A stretch of 64,000 nucleotides of DNA from a bacterium. GTDB taxonomy: Bacteria; Patescibacteriota; Patescibacteriia; UBA1558; UBA10009. Below are positions 19,865 to 27,904 of the stretch, piece after piece (position 1 is the first letter of the stretch; the number at the start of each line of letters is the position of its first letter). The DNA lies in the NCBI GenBank assembly GCA_018672055.1, contig JABHGM010000001.1, forward strand, positions 264,884 through 328,883. The letters run 5' to 3'. A program made the translations under genes and the position numbers. The notes beneath the pieces are model-generated. The model had not been told where the DNA came from. It worked only from the letters and a program-made list of their open reading frames with translations, and searched no databases.

Positions 19865-20383
19865 ATGAAAAAAGTAATAATAATATTTATCTTATTAATT
19901 ACTGTGGTTGCTATTTATTTATTGATGAATAATGATTCTGATCAAAATGAATTAGTTAATGATAAACGAGAAAATGGTATGGTAGTAAGTAATGTAGTTG
20001 ACGCCATGCCTGAAGAATTTAAAGCTAATTTTGAAGATGATATTCTTACAGATTCTGACACAGAAGTAGCTAGTCTAGTAGCAGTTGATAGTAGTGAGTC
20101 ATCAGGCACAGCATATCGTTTAGTTAAAGATGGCAAATTATATCATAGAGTAGTAGCAGATTTACCAGATTTGATGGACAATAATAAGTATGAAGGATGG
20201 TTAGTACAAAAAAGTCCATTAAAGTTTTTTTCAACAGGAGTAATGGAAAAAATTGAAGATGGTAAGTGGTTTTTAGAATATCAAGCAAATAACGAATATC
20301 CAACATATTTAACTATAGTAATTACTTTAGAAACTATTGTTGATACTACTCCAGAGAAACATATTATTGAAGGGGATTTTTAG
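19865..20383 (+). CDS. membrane-anchored or secreted protein, RskA C-terminal-like (cassette 8)
   Basis: MKKVIIIFILL signal/TM from ATG 19865; YEGWLV...VITLE...PEKHIIEG. Confidence 0.65.
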   Translation: MKKVIIIFILLITVVAIYLLMNNDSDQNELVNDKRENGMVVSNVVDAMPEEFKANFEDDILTDSDTEVASLVAVDSSESSGTAYRLVKDGKLYHRVVADLPDLMDNNKYEGWLVQKSPLKFFSTGVMEKIEDGKWFLEYQANNEYPTYLTIVITLETIVDTTPEKHIIEGDF

Positions 20384-20385
20384 AG

Positions 20386-20456
20386 ATCAACCTAGTTCGA
20401 ACATCCTCTACGAAGGGGCCCCCAACAAAAAACAAGGTTATTAAGCCTCGTTTTTT
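20386..20456 (+). repeat. att-like site 9 (arm A with 1-nt insertion near the core + terminator)
   Basis: atcaacctagttcgaacatcctctacgaaggggCCCCCA-acaaaaaacaaggttattaagcctcgtttttt. Confidence 0.82.
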
Positions 20457-20478
20457 GATTATCTAGATTTAAATTAAA

Positions 20479-20676
20479 TTAAGCTCTAGTAACATTGATT
20501 GCGTTTAATCCTTTGTCAGATTCTTCAGTATCAAAAGTGACAGTATCACCTTCTTGAAGTTCATTATATTGAACATCAACTAAAGAGTTGCTGTGAAAGA
20601 AAATGCCTTTTTCTTGACCTTCAGCGGCAATAAAGCCAAAGTTTTTATCAGTCAATTTTTCAATTTTTCCATTCAT
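20479..20676 (-). CDS. cold-shock domain protein (cassette 9)
   Basis: KNFGFI (RNP1), IFFHSN (RNP2), LQEGDTVTF, KGLNAINV. Confidence 0.93.
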   Translation of the reverse strand: MNGKIEKLTDKNFGFIAAEGQEKGIFFHSNSLVDVQYNELQEGDTVTFDTEESDKGLNAINVTRA

Positions 20677-20815
20677 TGATTTGATTGTTATTTATTTAGA
20701 TGTGTAAATTTGATAGAATTAAAATTCGACTATGTTTTTAAAAATATTTTCTACGAGAGAATCATATCATATTATAATAAATATGTCAACCCTAAATAAT
20801 AACCTTCATATACTG

Positions 20816-20911
20816 TTTCCAAACATCTCTGAATATACTATTTAAGAAAATTTTAATAAAGTTACGACTGCCACCCCACAGAAATCTCTCCTGAAATATG
20901 GAGGGATTTTT
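20816..20911 (+). repeat. att-like site 10 (arm B + core + arm Y), last site of the array
   Basis: ...ttttaataaagttacgactgccACCCCA (ends 20878)-cagaaatctctcctgaaatatggagggattttt. Confidence 0.85.
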
Positions 20912-20965
20912 TGTAAAAAAATACACCCAGTTTAGTAATACTGGGTGTATACTTTATTTAGTTTA

Positions 20966-22255
20966 TCAAGTAATAGCAGGTGCTCTCTCCCAATTGTTCT
21001 TGACAGTCAAGCCAAGTTTTTTAAGAGTTTTTATTGCTTGTTCATATAAACCATTTTTGGCTAGCCAGACATCAGTCTCTCTTGGTTTTTCTTTTACCAA
21101 TAGATTACGTAAGTTTTTTTTCATTTTCTCATAGAAACTCTTTTTAGGTGGCGGAAATAGGCCTGCCTTTATTAGCAAAGGCACAAATTCACCTATTGTT
21201 TCTTTGGTTAAAAAACTACGAAAGTCATTTAAGTTAAAAGTATAGAGATAGGCTACTGTTCCTTGTTTGAAAACCAAATCACCATGCTGGAAAATTTTCC
21301 CATCTTTAGGCATTGTTTTTAACATTTCTGTAGTTTTTGGTTCATTGAGAAATTCAATAGCATAAAAAACATAAATACCGATTTGTTTTTCCTCTCGATC
21401 AACAAAAAGTGATAACTGCCAACTACACATTTTATCGATATTGACAGAAATATGAGGCTTGAATTGAAGCCATTCTTCAGGGGTTCCATGATTTATAACG
21501 ACCATCTCATAATCTTCCTTGGTTTGAAATATATAATCCACATCATTACAACTGATTTTCATTGGTTCTCGACCTGCATTCAAAGCATAAGCATAATAAT
21601 AACATAGTCCTATATCACCAATTAACAAAAAGCCCTGGTCAAATCTGATGCGTTCATAGGAGTCAAACGCACCCTCGCCTGGAGCAAACGATCCATTATA
21701 ACTTGGCTCAACTTCTATGAATGTGATATAGATGTATTCAAGTAGTAGACATAAAAGATCTAGTCTATTATTTGATCTGATTTTGTTCATGGCTACATCT
21801 ACATGGTTTAGGGTCCAGATTTTAGTTAGTTCTCTATAATCGTCTGGTAGTAAGCGGAAGTGTTTGGGTAATGTATTGTCATGCAAACTTTTCAGATCTT
21901 TAAGACTTGTAGCTAGTGACAAGAGTCTACTATAAACCCAAATCATTTTTTCATTATGAGCTTTTTTGAATATAACTTGCAGTTGTTCATTCAGTTGCTC
22001 ATTGGATTCATAGATTGCTTTTACTCTTTTATAGTACTTAGACCAAATTGCGACTAGTGTCTTATAATTATCATCATCTGGTAATAGACGAAGGTGTTTA
22101 TGAAACATAAAGCTAAGGCCCATTGTTAAATGATCTAGATCTTTGGTAGCGGAATTTAATAATAATTCATGATAAGCTATTATTTCTTCCTCTTTCAAAC
22201 AATCTTTAAATGCTTCTTTAAGATGTTCATATTTAAGGCGTTCATACTTTGTCAT
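20966..22255 (-). CDS. hypothetical protein (orphan unit)
   Basis: 429 aa with internal repeat KHLRLLPDD/KHFRLLPDD; AGGAGA SD; own terminator at ~20915-20950. Confidence 0.7.
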   Translation of the reverse strand: MTKYERLKYEHLKEAFKDCLKEEEIIAYHELLLNSATKDLDHLTMGLSFMFHKHLRLLPDDDNYKTLVAIWSKYYKRVKAIYESNEQLNEQLQVIFKKAHNEKMIWVYSRLLSLATSLKDLKSLHDNTLPKHFRLLPDDYRELTKIWTLNHVDVAMNKIRSNNRLDLLCLLLEYIYITFIEVEPSYNGSFAPGEGAFDSYERIRFDQGFLLIGDIGLCYYYAYALNAGREPMKISCNDVDYIFQTKEDYEMVVINHGTPEEWLQFKPHISVNIDKMCSWQLSLFVDREEKQIGIYVFYAIEFLNEPKTTEMLKTMPKDGKIFQHGDLVFKQGTVAYLYTFNLNDFRSFLTKETIGEFVPLLIKAGLFPPPKKSFYEKMKKNLRNLLVKEKPRETDVWLAKNGLYEQAIKTLKKLGLTVKNNWERAPAIT

Positions 22256-22512
22256 TGTATTCTCCTAGGTTTGTTTTAATATTTAATTAGTAAAGTGCTA
22301 TTTGTACCCTATCATATTAACGATTGAAGTCAATTCAATCCTAATGTATTAGATATATTTTAAAAATGAAGAGATTCTTCCTAATAATAATCTATATAAA
22401 TAGGTGATTCTTTGATTAAGAAGTTATACACTTGACATATATGTTAGAATAATATAACATAAAGATAGATATAAATAACATATTGTTATAATTAATTAAC
22501 TAATTAAAAAAT

Positions 22513-22947
22513 ATGAATAATGAAAAGAAAAAGATAACTATGATGTTTATTCTTATAGCTACACTATTATTTGGCTTAGTTCCGTTTATTCTCCTTACAA
22601 AAAGAAGCGGAGAACTTCAAACAGGAAATATGCTAGGTATATTAGTTGTTATTATAATTGCTCTATTAGCAGCAGTAATTGGTGTAAAAAGGATTAAAGA
22701 CTTAAAACAAGGTCAGCCTGTTGAAGATGAATTATCTAAAAAAGTATTAAATGTAGCTGGTGCTAGGTCATTTTATATGAGTTTATACTGGTTACTTGCT
22801 ATAATGTTATTACAGCCAGTTATTGCTGATATACTTTTTGATAGCGAAATGTTAGATGCAGAACAAGCTTTAGGCGGTGGTATCACTGGAATGGCAATTA
22901 TATGGTTTTTAAATTGGCTCTATTATCAAAAAAAAGGTGTAAATTAA
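22513..22947 (+). CDS. DUF2178-like membrane protein
   Basis: Four TM segments, VEDELSKKV motif, coupled to an XRE regulator. Confidence 0.7.
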   Translation: MNNEKKKITMMFILIATLLFGLVPFILLTKRSGELQTGNMLGILVVIIIALLAAVIGVKRIKDLKQGQPVEDELSKKVLNVAGARSFYMSLYWLLAIMLLQPVIADILFDSEMLDAEQALGGGITGMAIIWFLNWLYYQKKGVN

Positions 22948-22948
22948 T

Positions 22949-23140
22949 ATGAAAAATAAGATTAAAGAATTAAGAGCTAGGTATAATTTAACTCAAGAAG
23001 ATTTAGCTAAAAAGACTGGAGTAAGACGTGAAACAATTGTATTTTTAGAAAAGGGTAAATACAATCCTTCGCTTAAACTTGCACACGATGTTGCTAAGGT
23101 TTTAAAAACATCTATTGAGGAATTATTTTTATTTGATTAG
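22949..23140 (+). CDS. XRE-family HTH transcriptional regulator
   Basis: [29 protein letters not shown]. Confidence 0.92.
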   Translation: MKNKIKELRARYNLTQEDLAKKTGVRRETIVFLEKGKYNPSLKLAHDVAKVLKTSIEELFLFD

Positions 23141-23161
23141 TTAATAATTAAAGTAAAAAAT

Positions 23162-23836
23162 ATGAAGAAAGGAATTTTATTAGTTATTTTTCTTTTTCTA
23201 GCAGGATGTTCTGTATCAAATAATATAGATAAGAGATCATATAATAATGATGCTGGTGATATAATACAGACAAAACCATTAGAAGATGTTTGTTTAACTA
23301 ATGAGGAGTATAGTGAAGTAGCCAAGTTAAACGTGCCAGTATTAACCTTGCCTTTTGATATGGATGATTTTTCTTCAAAGTTTTGGGGAGCTATTCCCTT
23401 TTGTGCAGATCAATGGGAAATAGGGAAACTTCATAATGCACTTGATTTTGAGGTAAAGCCTGATTCTAAGATTTATGCTGCTGTAGACGGAGAAATTCGT
23501 TTTATAAAAGTAGGTGAAGATGAAGGTGCTGGAGATGTTATTGATGTTGAAATAGGTAATTTAAAGATAGGTTATGCAGGGCTTACAAACGTTCAAGTTA
23601 AGATAGGTGATCATATAAGTAGAGGGGATTATTTAGGAGATGCTGCTATAACTCCATATGGTGAATATCATCTACATTTAGGCATATCAACTAATGGTAA
23701 TTTTGAGTGTCCCATAAAATATATGGATCAAGAGTTTATTGAAGCTACCAGACAAATGTTTGCAGAATCTCATTATCCAAGTCAGTTAGAGTTTCCTTGT
23801 GCTTGTAATTGTGAATATATGCCCTCGAGTAATTAA
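23162..23836 (+). CDS. M23 family metallopeptidase-like lipoprotein
   Basis: Lipobox LAGC; HNALD, IYAAVDG and HLH motifs. Confidence 0.8.
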   Translation: MKKGILLVIFLFLAGCSVSNNIDKRSYNNDAGDIIQTKPLEDVCLTNEEYSEVAKLNVPVLTLPFDMDDFSSKFWGAIPFCADQWEIGKLHNALDFEVKPDSKIYAAVDGEIRFIKVGEDEGAGDVIDVEIGNLKIGYAGLTNVQVKIGDHISRGDYLGDAAITPYGEYHLHLGISTNGNFECPIKYMDQEFIEATRQMFAESHYPSQLEFPCACNCEYMPSSN

Positions 23837-23919
23837 AGAATATATTTAAATAATTTTTTAACTATTGATTTTATTTCCATAACAAGCTAGGATACATTAT
23901 AATAATTTAAATTATATAT

Positions 23920-24042
23920 ATGGCAAAAAGAAGAAAAGCTGCTGGTAGAAAGCAGAAATCAAATTCACGTAAAACTCCAAAAAGACTTGAAATAAAGAGA
24001 CTTATGCTTGAAGAAAAAGCTAAGAAAAAGAAGCGTAAGTAA
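23920..24042 (+). CDS. very basic 40-aa protein
   Basis: Manual translation MAKRRKAAGRKQKSNSRKTPKRLEIKRLMLEEKAKKKKRK; terminator at ~24065-24094. Confidence 0.65.
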   Translation: MAKRRKAAGRKQKSNSRKTPKRLEIKRLMLEEKAKKKKRK

Positions 24043-24400
24043 GATTACGTTAATTATTCTATTTAAAAATCATTCTTAAAAAGAATGGTTTTTTGTTTAG
24101 ACGTTTAATAAAAAAAGGAGCAACTTATATATGCTCCTTTATGGATAATTTATTGATCATTGTCGAGTCTTTCAAGATATCTTTTATCAAGAGTTTTTTT
24201 AACTATGTTATTACCTTCTTGAATATGTTTATCATCAAATTGTTCGTATAATATTCTAGGTATGTGCTTTGGACGATCGATTTCTTGAATTTTAGTATTT
24301 GTTATATTAAATTTTTTTATTAAACTTATCACTTAAATTATACTTTCTAAAGTATAATAAATAAGGTATAATAGTAATATAACCATTAAATAACAAAAAA

Positions 24401-24613
24401 ATGGGTAAAAAGAACCTTGCCATACTATTATTAGTATTAGGCATCATTTTAATCTTAGTTGGTCCAGTATTTGGCTGGGTAGCTTCATCATATGTTTGGA
24501 TTATTGGTTTAATCTTGATTGTGGTAGCTATAATTATGCTTGTTATGGAAAAAAAAGGAGATAAGCCAGATATGACTCCTCCAACTCCTCCTCAGAATCC
24601 TCCAGTACAGTAA
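24401..24613 (+). CDS. small 2-TM protein with Pro-rich tail
   Basis: Two hydrophobic helices; bidirectional terminator aaaaaacccctgaaacggggtttttt follows. Confidence 0.7.
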   Translation: MGKKNLAILLLVLGIILILVGPVFGWVASSYVWIIGLILIVVAIIMLVMEKKGDKPDMTPPTPPQNPPVQ

Positions 24614-24670
24614 AGAATTTTTAAAAACAAAAAACCCCTGAAACGGGGTTTTTTGATTAATATCGAAATT

Positions 24671-24844
24671 TTAGAAATTTCTATCTGGTCTTGAACCTTT
24701 TCTATTACGATGACAATCGCGACAGAAAAGAGGTCTATCACCGTCTGGTTCGAAAGGAAGTTCCTTGATTTCTGCTTTACATTCTGAACATTTCCAATCT
24801 CCTTGTACCATTTGACGTTGACCAAAATTGCTTTGGTTATCCAT
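24671..24844 (-). CDS. CxxC-x17-CxxC zinc-ribbon protein, 57 aa
   Basis: Manual translation MDNQSNFGQRQMVQGDWKCSECKAEIKELPFEPDGDRPLFCRDCHRNRKGSRPDRNF (different frame from track ORF 24592..24825). Confidence 0.88.
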   Translation of the reverse strand: MDNQSNFGQRQMVQGDWKCSECKAEIKELPFEPDGDRPLFCRDCHRNRKGSRPDRNF

Positions 24845-25282
24845 TTTAAGATACCTTTTTCTTAATTTTGTGATAATTCATCTCTAAAGCAACTTTAGTA
24901 AAAATCTAATGATCGTTATTTAAGTATATATTAGATTAAACTATACAAAATTATTAATTAATTATGCCGTGAGTATACACTATATGGCTATTTTTGTCAA
25001 GGGCTATAGAATGTATAAAAAAAGAAGAGCTTCAGCATAATAAATGTGGGACATTTTATGATGAAGCTCTATGAGGCAGCGAGATTGTTGTTCAGCGATA
25101 TGGAGGGTTGAGTGCAGAGAGAGTTCTTATAAATTCCTCTTAGTTGAATAGTAAAACTTATCACTATTTAATTACGATTATATTTTAATATTAGAGTAAT
25201 TCAATATTTAAGTCAAATAGTAAAGTAAATAAAAAAAGACCAATGTTAGCATTGGTCTCCTGCTCGGTGCATAATTGAAATA

Positions 25283-26065
25283 TTATGACTGGCAAGTAAT
25301 GAACTGCAAAGATAGCGTGTTCCTATCTTGGATCAGTTCGGTTGATGTGAAAGAATTGATGTAATTGATGTTGAATTCACTGCTAATATCTATATAATCA
25401 ATATTCTCGATATTTCTTGCAGCTTCTTCTAAATCTGAAATTGATGAAATTGGATACTTCATTACCGGTGTATACACTTTCTTGTAGGCACCAATGTCGT
25501 ATTCAACATAGTTCGCAGTTTGAGTATCTATATCTGCTTTATATGTTCTTACATCCTTTGCCACCTCCGAACCAATATAACTTAGTGAACAACTTCTGCA
25601 AGATGCGTTTAAAACATCAATTGGGATTTTGAGTGCACTACTTTCATTTATTGCATGTATCTGAGCTACATTACAAATCGTCCAATCGTTTGACATAAAT
25701 GAATCGTCAGAATTTTTTGAATTAGTGTTTCTGTCGCGAGTATTGCTTATAACTGAGTTATGATTCTCTGCCTTGGATGTAGTTGCAACCTCATTATGCC
25801 CAAAAGCATCAGTTAACGTGGTAGCGGTTACTATAATATCTTTACTCATATTACTTGGCAATCTGTTATTGGTTTGTATTAATGAGTACTCAACTACATT
25901 TACTGTTACTGCTATATCAGTTAATATAATTTCATCAACTTCAATAACGGCAATATCATTTACATATTCATTTGAAACAACTTGTGTGACATCTTGATGA
26001 TTTGCTGTAAACAGTAAACATGATCCTATTAGTAAGAGAAGAATGAATTTAAATTGATTCATCAA
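25283..26065 (-). CDS. hypothetical secreted protein (orphan unit)
   Basis: Signal-like N-terminus; GAAGGGA SD; own terminator and TTGACA. Confidence 0.55.
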   Translation of the reverse strand: MMNQFKFILLLLIGSCLLFTANHQDVTQVVSNEYVNDIAVIEVDEIILTDIAVTVNVVEYSLIQTNNRLPSNMSKDIIVTATTLTDAFGHNEVATTSKAENHNSVISNTRDRNTNSKNSDDSFMSNDWTICNVAQIHAINESSALKIPIDVLNASCRSCSLSYIGSEVAKDVRTYKADIDTQTANYVEYDIGAYKKVYTPVMKYPISSISDLEEAARNIENIDYIDISSEFNINYINSFTSTELIQDRNTLSLQFITCQS

Positions 26066-26252
26066 TATTTCCCTTCTTTTTTATTGTTAAGAACAGTATA
26101 TGAATATTGTGAGTTACCTCACTCACTTAATATGTATTATTACATAATTCATATTAGATTAAATATAATATAATTGTGCTAGGCTGTCAATATATTTTAT
26201 GTTATTGTATATAAATGATATAATATAATTAGATTAATTAATAATAAATAAT

Positions 26253-27323
26253 ATGTTTGATTTTTTAAACTTAGATTTTATACCAGATTACTCTATTTTT
26301 GGTAATAGTTTAGTTGATTATTTTAAAGCTTTACTTGTTTTTCTTATAGCTTTGATTGTTCTTAAAGTCTTTAAGACCATAATAATAGCTAGATTTAAGA
26401 AAATAGCTTTAAAAACCGTAACTGATTTTGATGATGCTGTAGTGGCTATGCTGGAATATATTAGTTGGCCTTTTTACTTACTTATTTCTATTTATATTGG
26501 ACTTAGATATTTGAGTTTACCAGAGCTTATTGATCGAATAATAAATGGAGTATTTTTAGTAATTATTGTTTATTACGTAGTTAAGATGATTAGTATGCTC
26601 GTTGATTATATTGCTAAGAATGCTTTGCTTAAGGATCAAGAAGATGATACTCGTGATAATCAAACTGTTATTAGTGTAATTAGTAAAATAGTTAAAATAG
26701 GTCTATGGGCTACTGCTCTTATTCTACTTCTTTCTAATTTTGGCTATAATGTTACTTCCTTAGTTGCTGGACTTGGTATTGGTGGTATTGCTATTGCTCT
26801 AGCTGCTCAGAATGTTTTGAGTGATTTATTTAGCTCTATTTCTATTTACTTTGATAAGCCATTTAAGATAGGTGACTTCATTGTAGCTGGTAAAGAAAAA
26901 GGCACTGTTAAAAGAATAGGTATTAAGACTACACGTATTCAATCAGTAAATGGTGAAGAGCTTATTATTTCTAATCAGGATTTAACTAATGCTCGGGTTC
27001 AGAATTTTAAGACTATGGAAAAAAGAAGAACTACTTTTTTACTTGGCGTTACATATGAAACACCTAAAGCTAAACTTGAAAAAATACCTCTAATGATTGA
27101 AGGGATAATTAAAAAAGTTAAAGGTACTGAAGTAGAAAGAGTTCATTTTAAAACGTTTGGAGATTCTAGTTTAATTTTTGAAGTTGTTTACTTAGTTGAT
27201 ACTATTGAATATGTTAAGTTTTTAGATATTCAACAAGAAATTAACTTTGCTATAATAGCAGAATTTGAAAAAGAAAAGATTGAATTTGCTTATCCAACGC
27301 AAACAATCTTTGTTAAAAAATAA
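26253..27323 (+). CDS. small-conductance mechanosensitive channel (MscS family)
   Basis: AGLGIGGIAIALAAQ, DKPFKIGD, IGIKTTRI, IEFAYPTQ. Confidence 0.93.
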   Translation: MFDFLNLDFIPDYSIFGNSLVDYFKALLVFLIALIVLKVFKTIIIARFKKIALKTVTDFDDAVVAMLEYISWPFYLLISIYIGLRYLSLPELIDRIINGVFLVIIVYYVVKMISMLVDYIAKNALLKDQEDDTRDNQTVISVISKIVKIGLWATALILLLSNFGYNVTSLVAGLGIGGIAIALAAQNVLSDLFSSISIYFDKPFKIGDFIVAGKEKGTVKRIGIKTTRIQSVNGEELIISNQDLTNARVQNFKTMEKRRTTFLLGVTYETPKAKLEKIPLMIEGIIKKVKGTEVERVHFKTFGDSSLIFEVVYLVDTIEYVKFLDIQQEINFAIIAEFEKEKIEFAYPTQTIFVKK

Positions 27324-27346
27324 TTAATCATTAATAAAATAAGTTT

Positions 27347-27595
27347 ATGTTTATACCAGCTTTAATTATCATCGTTGGTTTAATATGGCTGTTTACTAAT
27401 CTTGGTATTATATCTACAAGTGCTTGGGATGTTATATTACCCCTAGCAGTTATCTTGTTTGGTATATCAATGTATGCTAAACATGGTAAATGTTGTAAGC
27501 CAGGATTACCTAAAGGTCAAGCTCCTCATGAAGGACATGGTCACGAAGGTCATGATCATGAAGGACATGGTCATAAATGTTGTCAGGATAAGTAA
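27347..27595 (+). CDS. small 2-TM protein with His/Cys-rich tail
   Basis: TM hairpin followed by KCC...HEGHGHEGHDHEGHGHKCC. Confidence 0.7.
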   Translation: MFIPALIIIVGLIWLFTNLGIISTSAWDVILPLAVILFGISMYAKHGKCCKPGLPKGQAPHEGHGHEGHDHEGHGHKCCQDK

Positions 27596-27679
27596 TTAGA
27601 CTGTAATATTATTAAAAACAGTGTCAATTTTTTTGACATTGTTTTTATTTACATAAATATTACGAATTGATATAATGTT

Positions 27680-27901
27680 ATGTATATGAAGATAGAAATA
27701 GATCAAGAAAATTGTATAGGCTGTGGTAGCTGTTCTGCACTAGCTCCTGAAACTTTTGCCATGAATGATGATGGAAAGGCAGAAGTTAAAAATCAAGAGG
27801 GTAGTAGTGATGAAGACACGCTTGAAGCAGCTAAATCATGCCCGGTTAGTGTTATTCATTTAACAAACGAAGAGGATAAAAAAATATATCCTGAGGATTA
27901 A
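27680..27901 (+). CDS. ferredoxin (single cluster)
   Basis: CIGCGSC...CP motif. Confidence 0.9.
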   Translation: MYMKIEIDQENCIGCGSCSALAPETFAMNDDGKAEVKNQEGSSDEDTLEAAKSCPVSVIHLTNEEDKKIYPED

Positions 27902-27904
27902 TCT

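Noticed and set aside
12325-20911. Repeats as a CRISPR array
   Set aside because: Intervals are 454-1898 bp and contain whole genes, the repeats are composite, and no cas genes are in the window.
12325-20911. Classical integron with attC sites
   Set aside because: No RYYYAAC...GTTRRRY attC palindromes, and the only tyrosine recombinase-like ORF lacks the catalytic Tyr.
24150-24332. 60-aa minus-strand ORF
   Set aside because: It has a terminator but no convincing start, SD or promoter; possibly a remnant, so not called.
24592-24825. Track ORF of 77 aa on the minus strand
   Set aside because: Wrong frame; the CxxC-x17-CxxC protein at 24671-24844 is the credible gene.
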